Part shown: positions 30,436-40,450 of the stretch, in pieces
Numbering within the stretch: the first letter of the stretch is position 1
Layout of the letters: each line of letters begins with the position of its first letter
Origin: Nitrosopumilus sp.
GTDB taxonomy: Archaea > Thermoproteota > Nitrososphaeria > Nitrososphaerales > Nitrosopumilaceae
DNA: 64,000 nucleotides
Reading direction: 5' to 3'
NCBI GenBank assembly: GCA_965224195.1
Contig: OZ245040.1
Coordinates: forward strand, 704,001 to 768,000
Notes under the pieces: model-generated
Databases searched by the model: none
What the model was told of the DNA's origin: nothing
The model's input: only the letters and a program-made list of their open reading frames with translations
Made by a program: the position numbers and the translations under genes

Positions 30436-30852
30436 ATGAAATTTGAAATTGAATTTACAGGGCATGAAAATATTCGCTCTAATCATCAAAAAACGATAGA
30501 AATTACTAAGGAATCCAATTTGACTCCTCAAGGAGATTGTATTGTTGGTGTGAATGCAAAATCTAGCTGTGCTGATTTATCTGAAGAATTAAAAAACAAA
30601 CTCAAAAATTTCGAGTCTAAAGTAACTTTTTCAATCAAAGTAGGTAATGAAGAGTTTGTAATTAAGGGGAGGGGACACCCTGATCTTATTCTAACTCATA
30701 CTGAGAATATTGTTATAAGAAAAAGTGATTTTATCTGTCCCCGAACTCTTGCTGTAAAATGTGACAAGGCATCTGATTTGTTACCTCGTAGTATGGTTAC
30801 ACAGTTACAAGATCCAAAAACTACTGGAGTATTTACTATCACTGTTGAGTGA
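30436..30852 (+). CDS. DUF371 family protein
   Basis: GHENIRSNHQKTIEITKE..LTPQGDCIVGV and VIRKSDFICPRTLAV. Confidence 0.85.
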   Translation: MKFEIEFTGHENIRSNHQKTIEITKESNLTPQGDCIVGVNAKSSCADLSEELKNKLKNFESKVTFSIKVGNEEFVIKGRGHPDLILTHTENIVIRKSDFICPRTLAVKCDKASDLLPRSMVTQLQDPKTTGVFTITVE

Positions 30853-31097
30853 TACTGTCACAATTTTATAGTTAATACATTGAAAGTTGTCATGGGTCGT
30901 AAAACTAATTTCTTCCTTCTAGTTCCATTAGCTACTTTTGCTGCAATCATTATTGGATTTGGAATGTATATGACGATCTGCAAAAATTCAAACATTCCTA
31001 TTAGTTGCTAAAATCAAATTACCATAGTCATAAAAATCCTAAATTTTACTGATGATTTGTTAGTCCTAACTGTATACAAAAAATCTACTTCTTTTTT

Positions 31098-33267
31098 ATG
31101 GTTGGCTGGGGGTTGATTGTTCTTGCAACTATGCTGTCTTTAGGTTCTGCACATTTTGTGTATGCTGAAACTGTAACTGATAAACAAGCCACCTTGTCAG
31201 GTGATCTAGAAAATAACCCTGTCGCACAAGATATTTTAGAAAAAATTGAAAAAAGTAAACGTTGGATTGAAAAATTACAACAGAGAAATTTTGAAGCTAC
31301 ACAAAAACAAAAAGAACTAGAGGCTAAAAGAGTAGAAGTATTACGCTATCTTGAAAATGATTTAAAAAAATGGGAAGAATTGTGGGGTGCTTATACATTT
31401 GATAATTTGTTGGAGAAGGTATTAGAAAATAGCCCTGCAAAAGATACTGATTCTATCAACTCATCCCAATACTCTCCAGTACATCATGATTGATGCCAGG
31501 CAAGCAAGTCCAAGATAGTTCTCGCAGCTCCTTTCATATCTTATTACTTTTTCTAAATCCACACTTGAGCCATGCAAAGAATCTCTCCACTACAAACCTG
31601 GTCCTGCTGTAATTGCTTTGCATGTTTTTTGGCACAACAAGCTTGGAATTATTCCTGTATGGAATGCAGCCAGCCACCCCATTCCGTTGCATCTCAGATA
31701 GTCTCTGATGCATCTTGCATCATGGCCCTTCTCTGCATGGACTGAAACAGTCCCTTCTGCCATCTCATCATCATCATCATCCAAAAACTCTGAAATGTTT
31801 TGCATGACATCAATGAATTTTGCACTGTCATGAATATTTGCAGGACTCATTACAATTGATATTGGCAATCCGTTTTGCTCTGCTGCAACATGTATCTTTG
31901 TGCCTAGAATCTTCTTGAATCCGTCATATCCAGTTACGTCGCCCCCCTTTTTTTATTGTGGATTGTTGATGAGTCAGCTGATATTTTCTGCATGTTAATC
32001 TTGTTTTGCCTGTATGCTGATTTTATTGCACATCTGAGAATCTTTTTTCAAATTCCTTTCTGCTGCAGATTTTGGAATCTCCTGTGTGCAGATGATTTGG
32101 AGCCATACCTTGAAGGCAGGTCAGGCCCATCTGCAGCCCGCAATCAGTACAAACATTATTGCATCAATTGTGGTCCTGTCGTCTGCACTTTGCCTGCCAG
32201 CACTTGCCGGTCTTGGCAGATGTGGCCTTGTTGTGTTCCATTGCGAATCTGTCATTTCTGTGAATTTCATGAAAATGAGTGTTGGTGTTAATGCAGACAG
32301 ATCCCGATGATCATCAAAATTTGCCTAAGCGGTTAGTTTTGGGATTAGTTGAATGTATGATCATCCTCTAAAATTCACTGCATCCAAAATTAGTGCTGGG
32401 CGTATTGCATTACAAAATGTTTTGGTACATGGAGGAACTCCAGAAGAGGCACGTGATGCATTTGTTGATGCAGCTAAAATAACTAGGGCTGAGATGTTAT
32501 CTGCAAATGGCATTTACAATATTCTAAATAATAATGCATACTATAACCAACAAATTCTTTTTAATACGGATGGTCATTTTGATTTAACTTTATCCGGTGA
32601 ACAATTAAGAAAATATTATCAAGACTATAGAACAAATCCTGAATATCTAAAAGCAAATCCTTTTGATAAATTATCTTGGGAAGATTTGGGAAAAAATAAT
32701 CCTGGAACTGAATGTAGGATTGGATTTGTTTTAGTATATGGAATAAATGTTGATGATTATGTTTGTACTACTGAATATACTGCAGAAATGTGGGTTTGAC
32801 ATCAAATGGGTACTATAGTTGATGAATCTTTTTCAGAAATAAAATCAATTGACATTGAAAAATTACAGAAAGATAGAGTTTTGAAAAAAGTGCATAATCT
32901 AAATTCTAAAATTAATACAATGCAAGAACATCATGAAAAAAAATTAGTTGAAATAAAGCAGGATTATGAGGTCCTTTTCATTAAAACGAATGAAAAAATA
33001 ACTTTGGAAGAAAAACAGGCAATAGCAAAATATGGAAAATCTGACTCTAAAAAAATCACTCTTAGTAAGAACATTACAGATATTCGAGAAAAATATGCTG
33101 CACTAAAAGATGAGATGATGGATGAAAAATCTAGAATATTAAAAATTATGAATAAACAGTATCTACATGATATGGATGATTTTGCAAGTAATTACAAACA
33201 TGACTCTGAAATGAACCTATTTTGGAATTCTGAAGTGCCTATTTTTGAGATCAGTTTGAATGAGTAA
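31098..33267 (+). pseudogene. Secreted coiled-coil hypothetical gene split by an IS, with a further internal stop
   Basis: The frame ...SPAKDTDS resumes as MYDHPLKF after the IS. An in-frame TGA at 32797-32799 separates 32353-32799 from 32806-33267. Confidence 0.7.
31457..32351 (-). mobile_element. IS5-family (IS427/IS1031-like) element with a degenerate transposase
   Basis: TIRs CAACTCATCCCAA and TTGGGATTAGTTG. Fragments MKFTEMTDSQW, GYDGFKKILGTKIHVA and VERFFAWL. A7G6 slippery site near 31942-31954. Flanks TAT/AAT may be a 3-bp TSD. Confidence 0.85.
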
Positions 33268-33332
33268 TGATCATGTTTTTGTTAATTCTCCTTTAGCAAG
33301 ATTCTCTTAAAGTATGGTAAGGCTAGTTCATT

Positions 33333-33674
33333 ATGGTAAAATCTACAATAGAATTGCCAATTTTAAAAAAACCTACAGATGCAGAGTTGAAGAAACTCAA
33401 AGATTATTTTAAAGAAATGCCTGTGGTGGAAATTTTATCTGGTCTAAAATTTGCAAAGAATAGATGGTCTGCCAAAGACGCTGGAACTTTGAAGGTTGGA
33501 AGGAAAAGCATAGTTCAGAAAGAAGTTCACTCTGTTACTATTGAACAAGCGCAATGGAGATTAAAGAATTGGAAGATGATGATTGCTAATTATCGTAGAC
33601 GTGGGCATAGTTATCCTACTATTTCTAGAATAAAGAAAATTTTAATTCAAAAAAGCAAAAAGAGATCTAAATAA
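33333..33674 (+). CDS. Basic hypothetical protein (113 aa)
   Basis: Clean ORF with an upstream TATA-like TTAAA; Lys/Arg-rich. Confidence 0.7.
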   Translation: MVKSTIELPILKKPTDAELKKLKDYFKEMPVVEILSGLKFAKNRWSAKDAGTLKVGRKSIVQKEVHSVTIEQAQWRLKNWKMMIANYRRRGHSYPTISRIKKILIQKSKKRSK

Positions 33675-33677
33675 TTT

Positions 33678-34055
33678 CTAATTGAATTGAGTATTCCATT
33701 GATTCGACCATTTGCGAATAAGAAATACTGTTATGCTGTATTCTACTATTAGAATTAGTAAGAATATTGGTAATCCTGATGGATGATCTGTTCTAAATAT
33801 CATTTCTATCCAATTAATTTCCAAATCATCCATGTCTTCTGAAATATTTTCTTTATTGATTCCATTAATGTTGTATTCTGGAATTAAACTGGCATACATC
33901 GCACCTAATGACAATTCCACCATTATTGCTATCAGGAGATATTTTCTAAACTTCTTTATGTTGTAAGCTGCATGCCAATTCATAATTGGAATAAAACAAT
34001 AGATTGTTTGTCTTGTCAAGCTTACAGGGCCATTGGCAGGCATAAAATCATGCAT
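33678..34055 (-). CDS. Hypothetical membrane protein
   Basis: 125 aa with hydrophobic segments. Confidence 0.6.
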   Translation of the reverse strand: MHDFMPANGPVSLTRQTIYCFIPIMNWHAAYNIKKFRKYLLIAIMVELSLGAMYASLIPEYNINGINKENISEDMDDLEINWIEMIFRTDHPSGLPIFLLILIVEYSITVFLIRKWSNQWNTQFN

Positions 34056-34107
34056 TTCTGATTACTATTTAGTATTGCTAAAGATTTCTTCTAAAAAATA
34101 AAATAGG

Positions 34108-35402
34108 TTATTGGGTCCATCCCCAATTAACTAATTTTTGAACACTAGGTGCTTTAACACAAGCTGGTCCGCCAGATGGTTTAAACATTAATTCCATTGA
34201 TGCTTTACATTCAATATCTTCTGGTTGTACTCCTTCTTTGATCTGTTTTAATGGAGCTAAAGATGTATCTTCTGTATTGGAATCTTCCATAGATGGCGTT
34301 TCATCTGGCTTGTTTTGATCATCGGTTTCCATGGATAAAGTTTCATCTAATTCTACAACTATTGCTGAATCACTTCCAAAAACTTCTTCCATATGTTCTG
34401 AATCTGTAGATTCTACGCCACCCAGTATTTCAAACTCTTTGATGATATCATCAGCTAGTAATGTAACTTCTGATGGATCTACCTTTTGATCATATGCTAA
34501 CCAAATTTCAACATAGGTATCATCAACATCTCCAGAAGTTTCAATATCGTTTCTTATCTCTTCAAAGATTTGCTGTGATCTCCAAATGAATGCTGAACCG
34601 TCTTGAAATTCTGCTGCTTCTACAATCATTCCATCCTCAATTGCCTCCATATACTCGACTTTGGATGTTTCAAGTAAACCGTTGATTAATTGTGCTTTAA
34701 ACGATGAATCATTACTGAGTTCATCTCCAATTACAATATCTCTTGCTTCTTGAATAATTTCTTTTGCATCATCAATTGCAGACTGTGCATCACTTCTGGT
34801 GACTCCTGTACTTGCTTTATCCTTTAATTCAAACAATGTTTGTTCTAGTTTTGCTTTGAATTCTGGATTATCTTCCAGATGAGTACTCATAGTTTCAAAT
34901 AATTCTGAAATTGGATGTGTTGCATGAACTAATGCTAGTTCAGAATTGGCTTCATCAAGATTCATTTCTAATGCCCAAAAATGCCCTAATGTCTCCTCAA
35001 GTGTTCCTGCAAATTCTAATTTTAAATCTCTATCAGAATCTGCAAAAGCTAATGGGGTGCTCATTAGAACGGATTTGCTTGTACTATGTTCCTAGTATAG
35101 CGGGGCTTTCCGCCAACACGTTCCCCGCTAGTGCTCATTAGAACGGATTTGCTTGTACTATGTTCCTCTGAATGATCATTCATTGGAACGCTTGTAGAAC
35201 TTCTAAATGCGGTAGACCAGCTATCTTGATATGCTGCTTTTCCACCTGGGTAATCTGAACATAACGTTAATCCACAGATATCGGTACTTCCTGATGCACC
35301 ATTTTTACTTTTTAATGCACCAGCATCTGAAACAAAATTTGTTCCAAAAACTCCAACAACCAGGATTACTGCCATGATAATTACCAGACTTTTGTTTGTC
35401 AT
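34108..35402 (-). pseudogene. Secreted protein gene split by a 74-bp duplication plus insertion
   Basis: ORFs 35064-35402 (signal peptide) and 34108-35064 fuse in frame (406 aa) if one 37-bp copy and the 37-bp insert are removed. The C-terminus has a PLKQ..C..CVK..GW motif. Confidence 0.75.
35057..35167. repeat. 37-bp direct repeat pair flanking a 37-bp unique insert
   Basis: GTGCTCATTAGAACGGATTTGCTTGTACTATGTTCCT at 35057-35093 and 35131-35167. The insert AGTATAGCGGGGCTTTCCGCCAACACGTTCCCCGCTA lies at 35094-35130. Confidence 0.95.
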
Positions 35403-35500
35403 GAAGTTCAGAAATAATTGGCATATTTAATCGTGGACATTTTTCTATACTGTCATTACAAGTCTATGGAATGAGAGTGGAATATTGAATTATATTTTTT

Positions 35501-36151
35501 CTAGATGAAGATGTCTGTTTTCTTCTCAACAATTTGTTGTTTGAGTGAATCTGGTATGTCTGGAATTGAAGATTTTGTCTGTCCAGCAATTGCACTGTGT
35601 GCTTCTTCTAGAATTGCCAATGTGTCTGCATTTGTTTCTGGCACCATACTCATACTATCTCCAACTCCAACTGATGAACCGGACATAACATCTCCTAGTA
35701 TTTGTGACAAATCTTGCATGGATGCATTTGCTTCAGGTATAATTCCACTAAGTGATGGACTTAATCCCTTAATTATTGCCATACATGGACTGAGTGTTAC
35801 TACTACATCTCCTAATTCTGACACCGTATCTAATCTAAGTTTAACTTGTTCCATAGATAACTTTGCTCCACCAACCATATTCTTCATTTTTCTAACTTGA
35901 GCTAATTCTCCAGCATATGCTTGAGCATATCCTGTCTTGTTATTTCTTTGTGCATTTACTATTTTTTCAAAAATCACATCATGTTTTTTTTGTAATTTTT
36001 CATTAATTCCGTCTAATTTTGAAATCTGAGATTGTAATTTTCTTTGTGCAAAATCAATTTTGTTTTTTAATGGCTCATCAGGCTTTACTTTACTTATTAC
36101 TTTTTGAGAAATACTTTCTCCTTCTGTTTTGTTCCAAGAGTTACTGATCAT
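35501..36151 (-). CDS. Snf7/ESCRT-III (CdvB paralogue)
   Basis: Coiled-coil with AYAGELAQVRKMK and LRLDTVSELGDVVVTLSPCM, typical of thaumarchaeal CdvB paralogues. Confidence 0.85.
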   Translation of the reverse strand: MISNSWNKTEGESISQKVISKVKPDEPLKNKIDFAQRKLQSQISKLDGINEKLQKKHDVIFEKIVNAQRNNKTGYAQAYAGELAQVRKMKNMVGGAKLSMEQVKLRLDTVSELGDVVVTLSPCMAIIKGLSPSLSGIIPEANASMQDLSQILGDVMSGSSVGVGDSMSMVPETNADTLAILEEAHSAIAGQTKSSIPDIPDSLKQQIVEKKTDIFI

Positions 36152-36241
36152 GTCTGAACCAAATTATGGTTGTTTTTTTTGCTTTAAACAGAGTTGTCAC
36201 TTTGGGTAGTGTCACTGGAGTTACACAAGTATGCAGTTACA

Positions 36242-37351
36242 CTATCCAAAGGTAAATGTGAACATTTGAAAGCCTTTGCCTTTTACTTTAATCTCAATTA
36301 GATGAGTAGAACTCGTATCACTATTGATGATATTGTACAATCCTGGTCCTGTTACATGTAGCATGTTATCCTTTACAATATCCTTTCCTGAATATTCTGA
36401 CGGTAATGGTTCTCCATCTAGTAGTATTTCTAATTCTGCAGAATTCTCAGTTACAATATTTACTTCTTTAGCATTGTAAAGTAACTTGATAGTTCCTGTT
36501 TCTGAAATTAATTCCATGCCATCATCATAATTTTTCCAATCTCCTATTGGATAGAATTTATGCAAGTCTATACTTTCTGGTTCAGAATATGAGATGGTTT
36601 TTCCTGGTTGAAATCCTTCTTCACTGCCTAATTGATTTCTATTTTGTGCAAACTTGTAACCAAAATATAGTTCGGGAGTTCTAAACAATGAATGTTCAAA
36701 CTCTTCAATATCTACAAGAGATGTTGATGGTGCCGTCTGAATCCCTAATGCTGTAGATCTTTCTTCCAATAATTTCTGAATAACTTTCTCTGTTTCTTGA
36801 TAGCTTCCCTCTCCAATATGATCATATCTGATATGCCCTTCATGGTCTGCAATGTATTTTCTTGGCCAATATCTATTTTCAAATGCTTTCCAAGTTTCCA
36901 TGTCGTTATCTAATACAACTGGATAGCTAATTCCATGTTTTTCAATTGCCATTTTTACATTTTCAGGATCTTTTTCAAATTCAAATTCAGGTGAATGAAT
37001 TCCTACAATAAGTAACCCTTGGTCTGAATATTTGTCATCCCATGCAGTAATGTATGGTAATGTTCTAACACAATTAATACAACTGTATGTCCAAACATCA
37101 TACAGAACAACCCTACCTTCTATCTCTTTAGATAATTCTTCTGGTGTGGTGTTTAGATATCTAGCAATTCCTACTAATTTTGGAGCTTTTTTGAATCCTG
37201 ACTTGTCAATTTCTGAAAATGAATTCGTATCTGTAAATGTGGTAGATGATTGCACTTCTTGATCTAATGATGAAAAAATCACACCTACAACGCCTAGTCC
37301 TGAGGCTATTATGATTCCAAAGATTAATCCTGTTTTTATTTCTGAATTCAT
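36242..37351 (-). CDS. DipZ-like membrane-anchored thioredoxin/redoxin
   Basis: WTYSCINCVRTLP, GIHSPEFEFEK, YWPRKY, GEGSY and TPELYFG. Confidence 0.88.
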   Translation of the reverse strand: MNSEIKTGLIFGIIIASGLGVVGVIFSSLDQEVQSSTTFTDTNSFSEIDKSGFKKAPKLVGIARYLNTTPEELSKEIEGRVVLYDVWTYSCINCVRTLPYITAWDDKYSDQGLLIVGIHSPEFEFEKDPENVKMAIEKHGISYPVVLDNDMETWKAFENRYWPRKYIADHEGHIRYDHIGEGSYQETEKVIQKLLEERSTALGIQTAPSTSLVDIEEFEHSLFRTPELYFGYKFAQNRNQLGSEEGFQPGKTISYSEPESIDLHKFYPIGDWKNYDDGMELISETGTIKLLYNAKEVNIVTENSAELEILLDGEPLPSEYSGKDIVKDNMLHVTGPGLYNIINSDTSSTHLIEIKVKGKGFQMFTFTFG

Positions 37352-37355
37352 AAGA

Positions 37356-38087
37356 TCACCCTAGTAGTACCAGCTCGTTAAGAAGTGGAAAGTTTGCAAT
37401 ATATGCAAGTTGATTTGTAAATACTAGAATTCCTAATACTATTATGAATGCACCCAAAATTACATTATAATATTTTAGATGTTTTGACATTGAACGAATT
37501 ATCTTTGTGGCTCTAGAGAAAAAGATTCCTATCAAAATGAATGGAATTCCTAATCCTAATGAATATGCTAGCAATAAACTAAACGAAATTGATGGTGTGG
37601 TGGCAGCTAAAGTAAGAATTGTTCCAAGTATTGGTCCAACACATGGTGTCCATCCTGCGGCAAATGCTAAACCAAATGCAAATGACATTGGATAGCTTGA
37701 TTTTGAATTTTTAGGGAAAAATTTCTTTTCTACATTTAATGAACGAATTTTTGTAGACAATAACAAAAATATTCCAAATGAAACAATGATGATCCCTCCT
37801 ACCATGTTTAGGCTTTCTGTAAAGTCGCTTGCTGCATTGGAAAGAACACTGTTGATTAAGACTCCCAGTATGGAAAATACTACTGAAAAACCTAACACAA
37901 AAAATACCGTATTTAGAACAATGTTTGTTCTATTGATGGAGAGAACTGTTCCATTTTTAGAACCTAATTCTGACACTGTTGTTCCTGATATGTAAGCTAG
38001 AAAAGCTGGGATCATTGGTAAAATACAAGGTGCAACAAACGAACCCAATCCTGCAAGTAATGCTACCAGAATAGTGGGGTCTGCCAT
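37356..38087 (-). CDS. ccdA: CcdA/DsbD-family transmembrane electron transporter
   Basis: SFVAPCILPMIPAFL, GWTPCVGPILG and YSLGLGIPF. Confidence 0.9.
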   Translation of the reverse strand: MADPTILVALLAGLGSFVAPCILPMIPAFLAYISGTTVSELGSKNGTVLSINRTNIVLNTVFFVLGFSVVFSILGVLINSVLSNAASDFTESLNMVGGIIIVSFGIFLLLSTKIRSLNVEKKFFPKNSKSSYPMSFAFGLAFAAGWTPCVGPILGTILTLAATTPSISFSLLLAYSLGLGIPFILIGIFFSRATKIIRSMSKHLKYYNVILGAFIIVLGILVFTNQLAYIANFPLLNELVLLG

Positions 38088-38182
38088 ATCGTCAATTTGT
38101 AATTTTTCCTTTAAAGCATTCTTCCAATTTTGTCCCTAATCTTCTATAATCACTTTTTAACTGGGAGGTGACTGATTTTGAT

Positions 38183-38287
38183 ATGAATAAACGATTTGTC
38201 ATTGTTGGAGTGACTTTAGGAATCATAGTTGTTATTGCAGTAATTATTGGCTCACCTGCAATTGGTGGCTTTGATGCAATGCGCTAG
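38183..38287 (+). CDS. Small membrane protein (34 aa)
   Basis: MNKRFVIVGVTLGIIVVIAVIIGSPAIGGFDAMR, with GGAGGTGA upstream. Confidence 0.45.
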   Translation: MNKRFVIVGVTLGIIVVIAVIIGSPAIGGFDAMR

Positions 38288-39426
38288 TCGCTAAATTTTT
38301 TGTAGGCTTTTTCAAAAATTTCTAGTGAATTTTCAATCTCAGTGCCTGATAGCCATGAAGTAACTGAAATTCTCAATCTTGCTTGGTTTTTTGGAACTGT
38401 TGGGTATCTAATTGGTTGGGCAAATATACCATTATCAAACAAAAATTTCCCAAATTCTATTGCCTGTTTTTCATCTCCTACAATAATTGGTATGATTTGA
38501 CTGGATGAATTTATTTCAAAACCTAATTGTTTAAGACCTTTTGTGAGTTGTTTTATGTTTTTTACTAATTTTCTTTTTTGCTTTTCTCTATTTGATTGGA
38601 ATCTTTTGAATGAATACTCTACCAAAAAAGATGGCAAGGCTGAAGTATAGATGAAAGATTTTGATTTATTGACACATAAATCAATTACATTGTTATGAGA
38701 TGAAACATATCCTCCAAATGATCCTAATCCTTTACTCAAACTACTGATATACAAATCAATTTTCTTTGCAACTTTAAAATGGTCTGGTGTTCCTTTTCCA
38801 TCTTTACCTATTACAAAATCCCCATGTGCATCGTCTACTATTGTGATTGCATTTGATTTGTTTGAAATTTCTGTAATTTGTTTTAATGGTGCTAGATCAC
38901 CATCCATGCTAAAAATTCCTTCAGTTATTATAAATTTATTTTTTCCTTTTTGTTTTATTTTCTTATTCAAATCTTGTATGTCATTATGTTTGTAAATTGA
39001 AACTTTAGCATCTGTTAGCTTGCATGATTCAATTATACTTGCATGGTTAAATTCATCACTAAGAATCAAGTCTCCTTTTTTTGTAACTGCAGAAATGGTA
39101 CCCAAATTTGCCATGTACCCTGTAGGGTAGATTAAAGAATTTTGATGTGACTTGTGTTTTGCTAGTGCTTTTTCTAATTTTCCATATGACTCATCATTTC
39201 CTGAAACTAGTCTGGAACTTGATTGTAATTGTTTGATTTGAATTTTTGTAGTTGGTATGCCCAAATAATCATTTGAGCACAAGTTGAGAAGCTGTTTGTT
39301 ATTGATAGTTATTTTTGAACCGTTGGCTATACCATATCTCATTTTACGATAAAGATTTTTTTCTTTCAGATTTTCCAATTCTGAATCTACAAAGTTCAGT
39401 TTACGCTTGGAGGCCAATTTTTTCAA
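38284..39426 (-). CDS. bioF: 8-amino-7-oxononanoate synthase
   Basis: SNDYLG, GYMANLG, NHASII, EGIFSMDGD, DDAHG and SLSKGLG; lies in the bio cluster. Confidence 0.9.
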   Translation of the reverse strand: MKKLASKRKLNFVDSELENLKEKNLYRKMRYGIANGSKITINNKQLLNLCSNDYLGIPTTKIQIKQLQSSSRLVSGNDESYGKLEKALAKHKSHQNSLIYPTGYMANLGTISAVTKKGDLILSDEFNHASIIESCKLTDAKVSIYKHNDIQDLNKKIKQKGKNKFIITEGIFSMDGDLAPLKQITEISNKSNAITIVDDAHGDFVIGKDGKGTPDHFKVAKKIDLYISSLSKGLGSFGGYVSSHNNVIDLCVNKSKSFIYTSALPSFLVEYSFKRFQSNREKQKRKLVKNIKQLTKGLKQLGFEINSSSQIIPIIVGDEKQAIEFGKFLFDNGIFAQPIRYPTVPKNQARLRISVTSWLSGTEIENSLEIFEKAYKKFSD

Positions 39427-40378
39427 TCATTTTACGGTCTTTTTCAGCCTCATTTCCATCCATGGTGAGGTATCCTGCAGTAATTATTCCATTTGCTCCA
39501 CTTTGCAGTAATTCTTCTCCAGAATCATCAAGATTCGTTTCACGTCCACCAGAAATTTTGATAACTGACTCAGGCAATAGGAATCGGATCACAGAAAACA
39601 TCCTGACAATTTCCGAATTTGGTAAGTCTGCTTGTAATTCTAATGGTGTTCCTGGAACTGGAACTAGAATGTTTATTGTTACTTCTTCGGGATATAGTCT
39701 AGCTAACTCTAATGCTAATTCTAATCTTTGTTCTCGTGTTTCTCCTAATCCTATGATTCCACCAGTGCATAATTCTAGTCCAGCTTCTCTTGCGATGTCT
39801 AGTGTTTTTAATCTGTCTTCGTATATGTGTGTTGTACATATTTCAGAAAATTTTGATTTTGCAGTCTCTAGATTATGGTTATATCTTTTCACTTTGAGTT
39901 CTTTTAGTTTTTTTGCTTGTTCAGGTGTAAGAAAACCCAAACTGCATTCAACACTAATCCCTACTTTATCATTAATTTCTGTAATGATTTTGCAAACCTT
40001 TTGAAAATCTGTAGTAGATGGTTCTCTCCATGCTGCAACAAGACAATATGACTCTGCCCCTTCTTCTTTTGCTTTTTTTGCTTTGCTTACTACTTCTTCT
40101 GGTGTTGGTAATTGATATGATTCTATTCCTGTATCAAAAAATGCGGATTGTCCACAAAATGTACAGTCTTCACTACATGCATTTTTTTTAATATTGTTTA
40201 ACTGTTCAACATCAACTTTATCCCCATTAAAATCTCGAGTAATTTCATTTGCACATTTTGCCAAATCTTTAAGATTCTCCTCAGGAATATCTAGTAATTT
40301 TTTTGCATCTTCCACTGTTATGTGATTTCCTGAAAATACCTTTTCTTGGCACTCTTTGATAAATTCCAGAGCACTCAT
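39401..40378 (-). CDS. bioB: Biotin synthase (radical SAM)
   Basis: CSEDCTFCGQS, YNHNLET, CTGGIIGLGE and ISGGRE. Confidence 0.95.
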   Translation of the reverse strand: MSALEFIKECQEKVFSGNHITVEDAKKLLDIPEENLKDLAKCANEITRDFNGDKVDVEQLNNIKKNACSEDCTFCGQSAFFDTGIESYQLPTPEEVVSKAKKAKEEGAESYCLVAAWREPSTTDFQKVCKIITEINDKVGISVECSLGFLTPEQAKKLKELKVKRYNHNLETAKSKFSEICTTHIYEDRLKTLDIAREAGLELCTGGIIGLGETREQRLELALELARLYPEEVTINILVPVPGTPLELQADLPNSEIVRMFSVIRFLLPESVIKISGGRETNLDDSGEELLQSGANGIITAGYLTMDGNEAEKDRKMIEKIGLQA

Positions 40379-40420
40379 AATTTTATTAAAATAATTCTAT
40401 TTTATAACATTACTGGAAAG

Positions 40421-40448
40421 GTTAACCCCAACTGGATGGGGGGTTAAC
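40421..40448. promoter_or_regulatory. Putative BirA-type operator GTTAAC-N16-GTTAAC upstream of bioB
   Basis: GTTAACCCC...GGGGTTAAC inverted repeat matching the TGTtAAC-N14-16-GTTaACA BirA consensus, with a TATA-like TTATAAAA on - at 40407-40400. Confidence 0.55.
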
Positions 40449-40450
40449 AG

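Noticed and set aside
35048-35076. Treating the 35 kb site as a degenerate copy of the CRISPR repeat
   Set aside because: The similarity is patchy, needs gaps and is out of register with the duplication. It is kept only as weak context for the ectopic-integration hypothesis.
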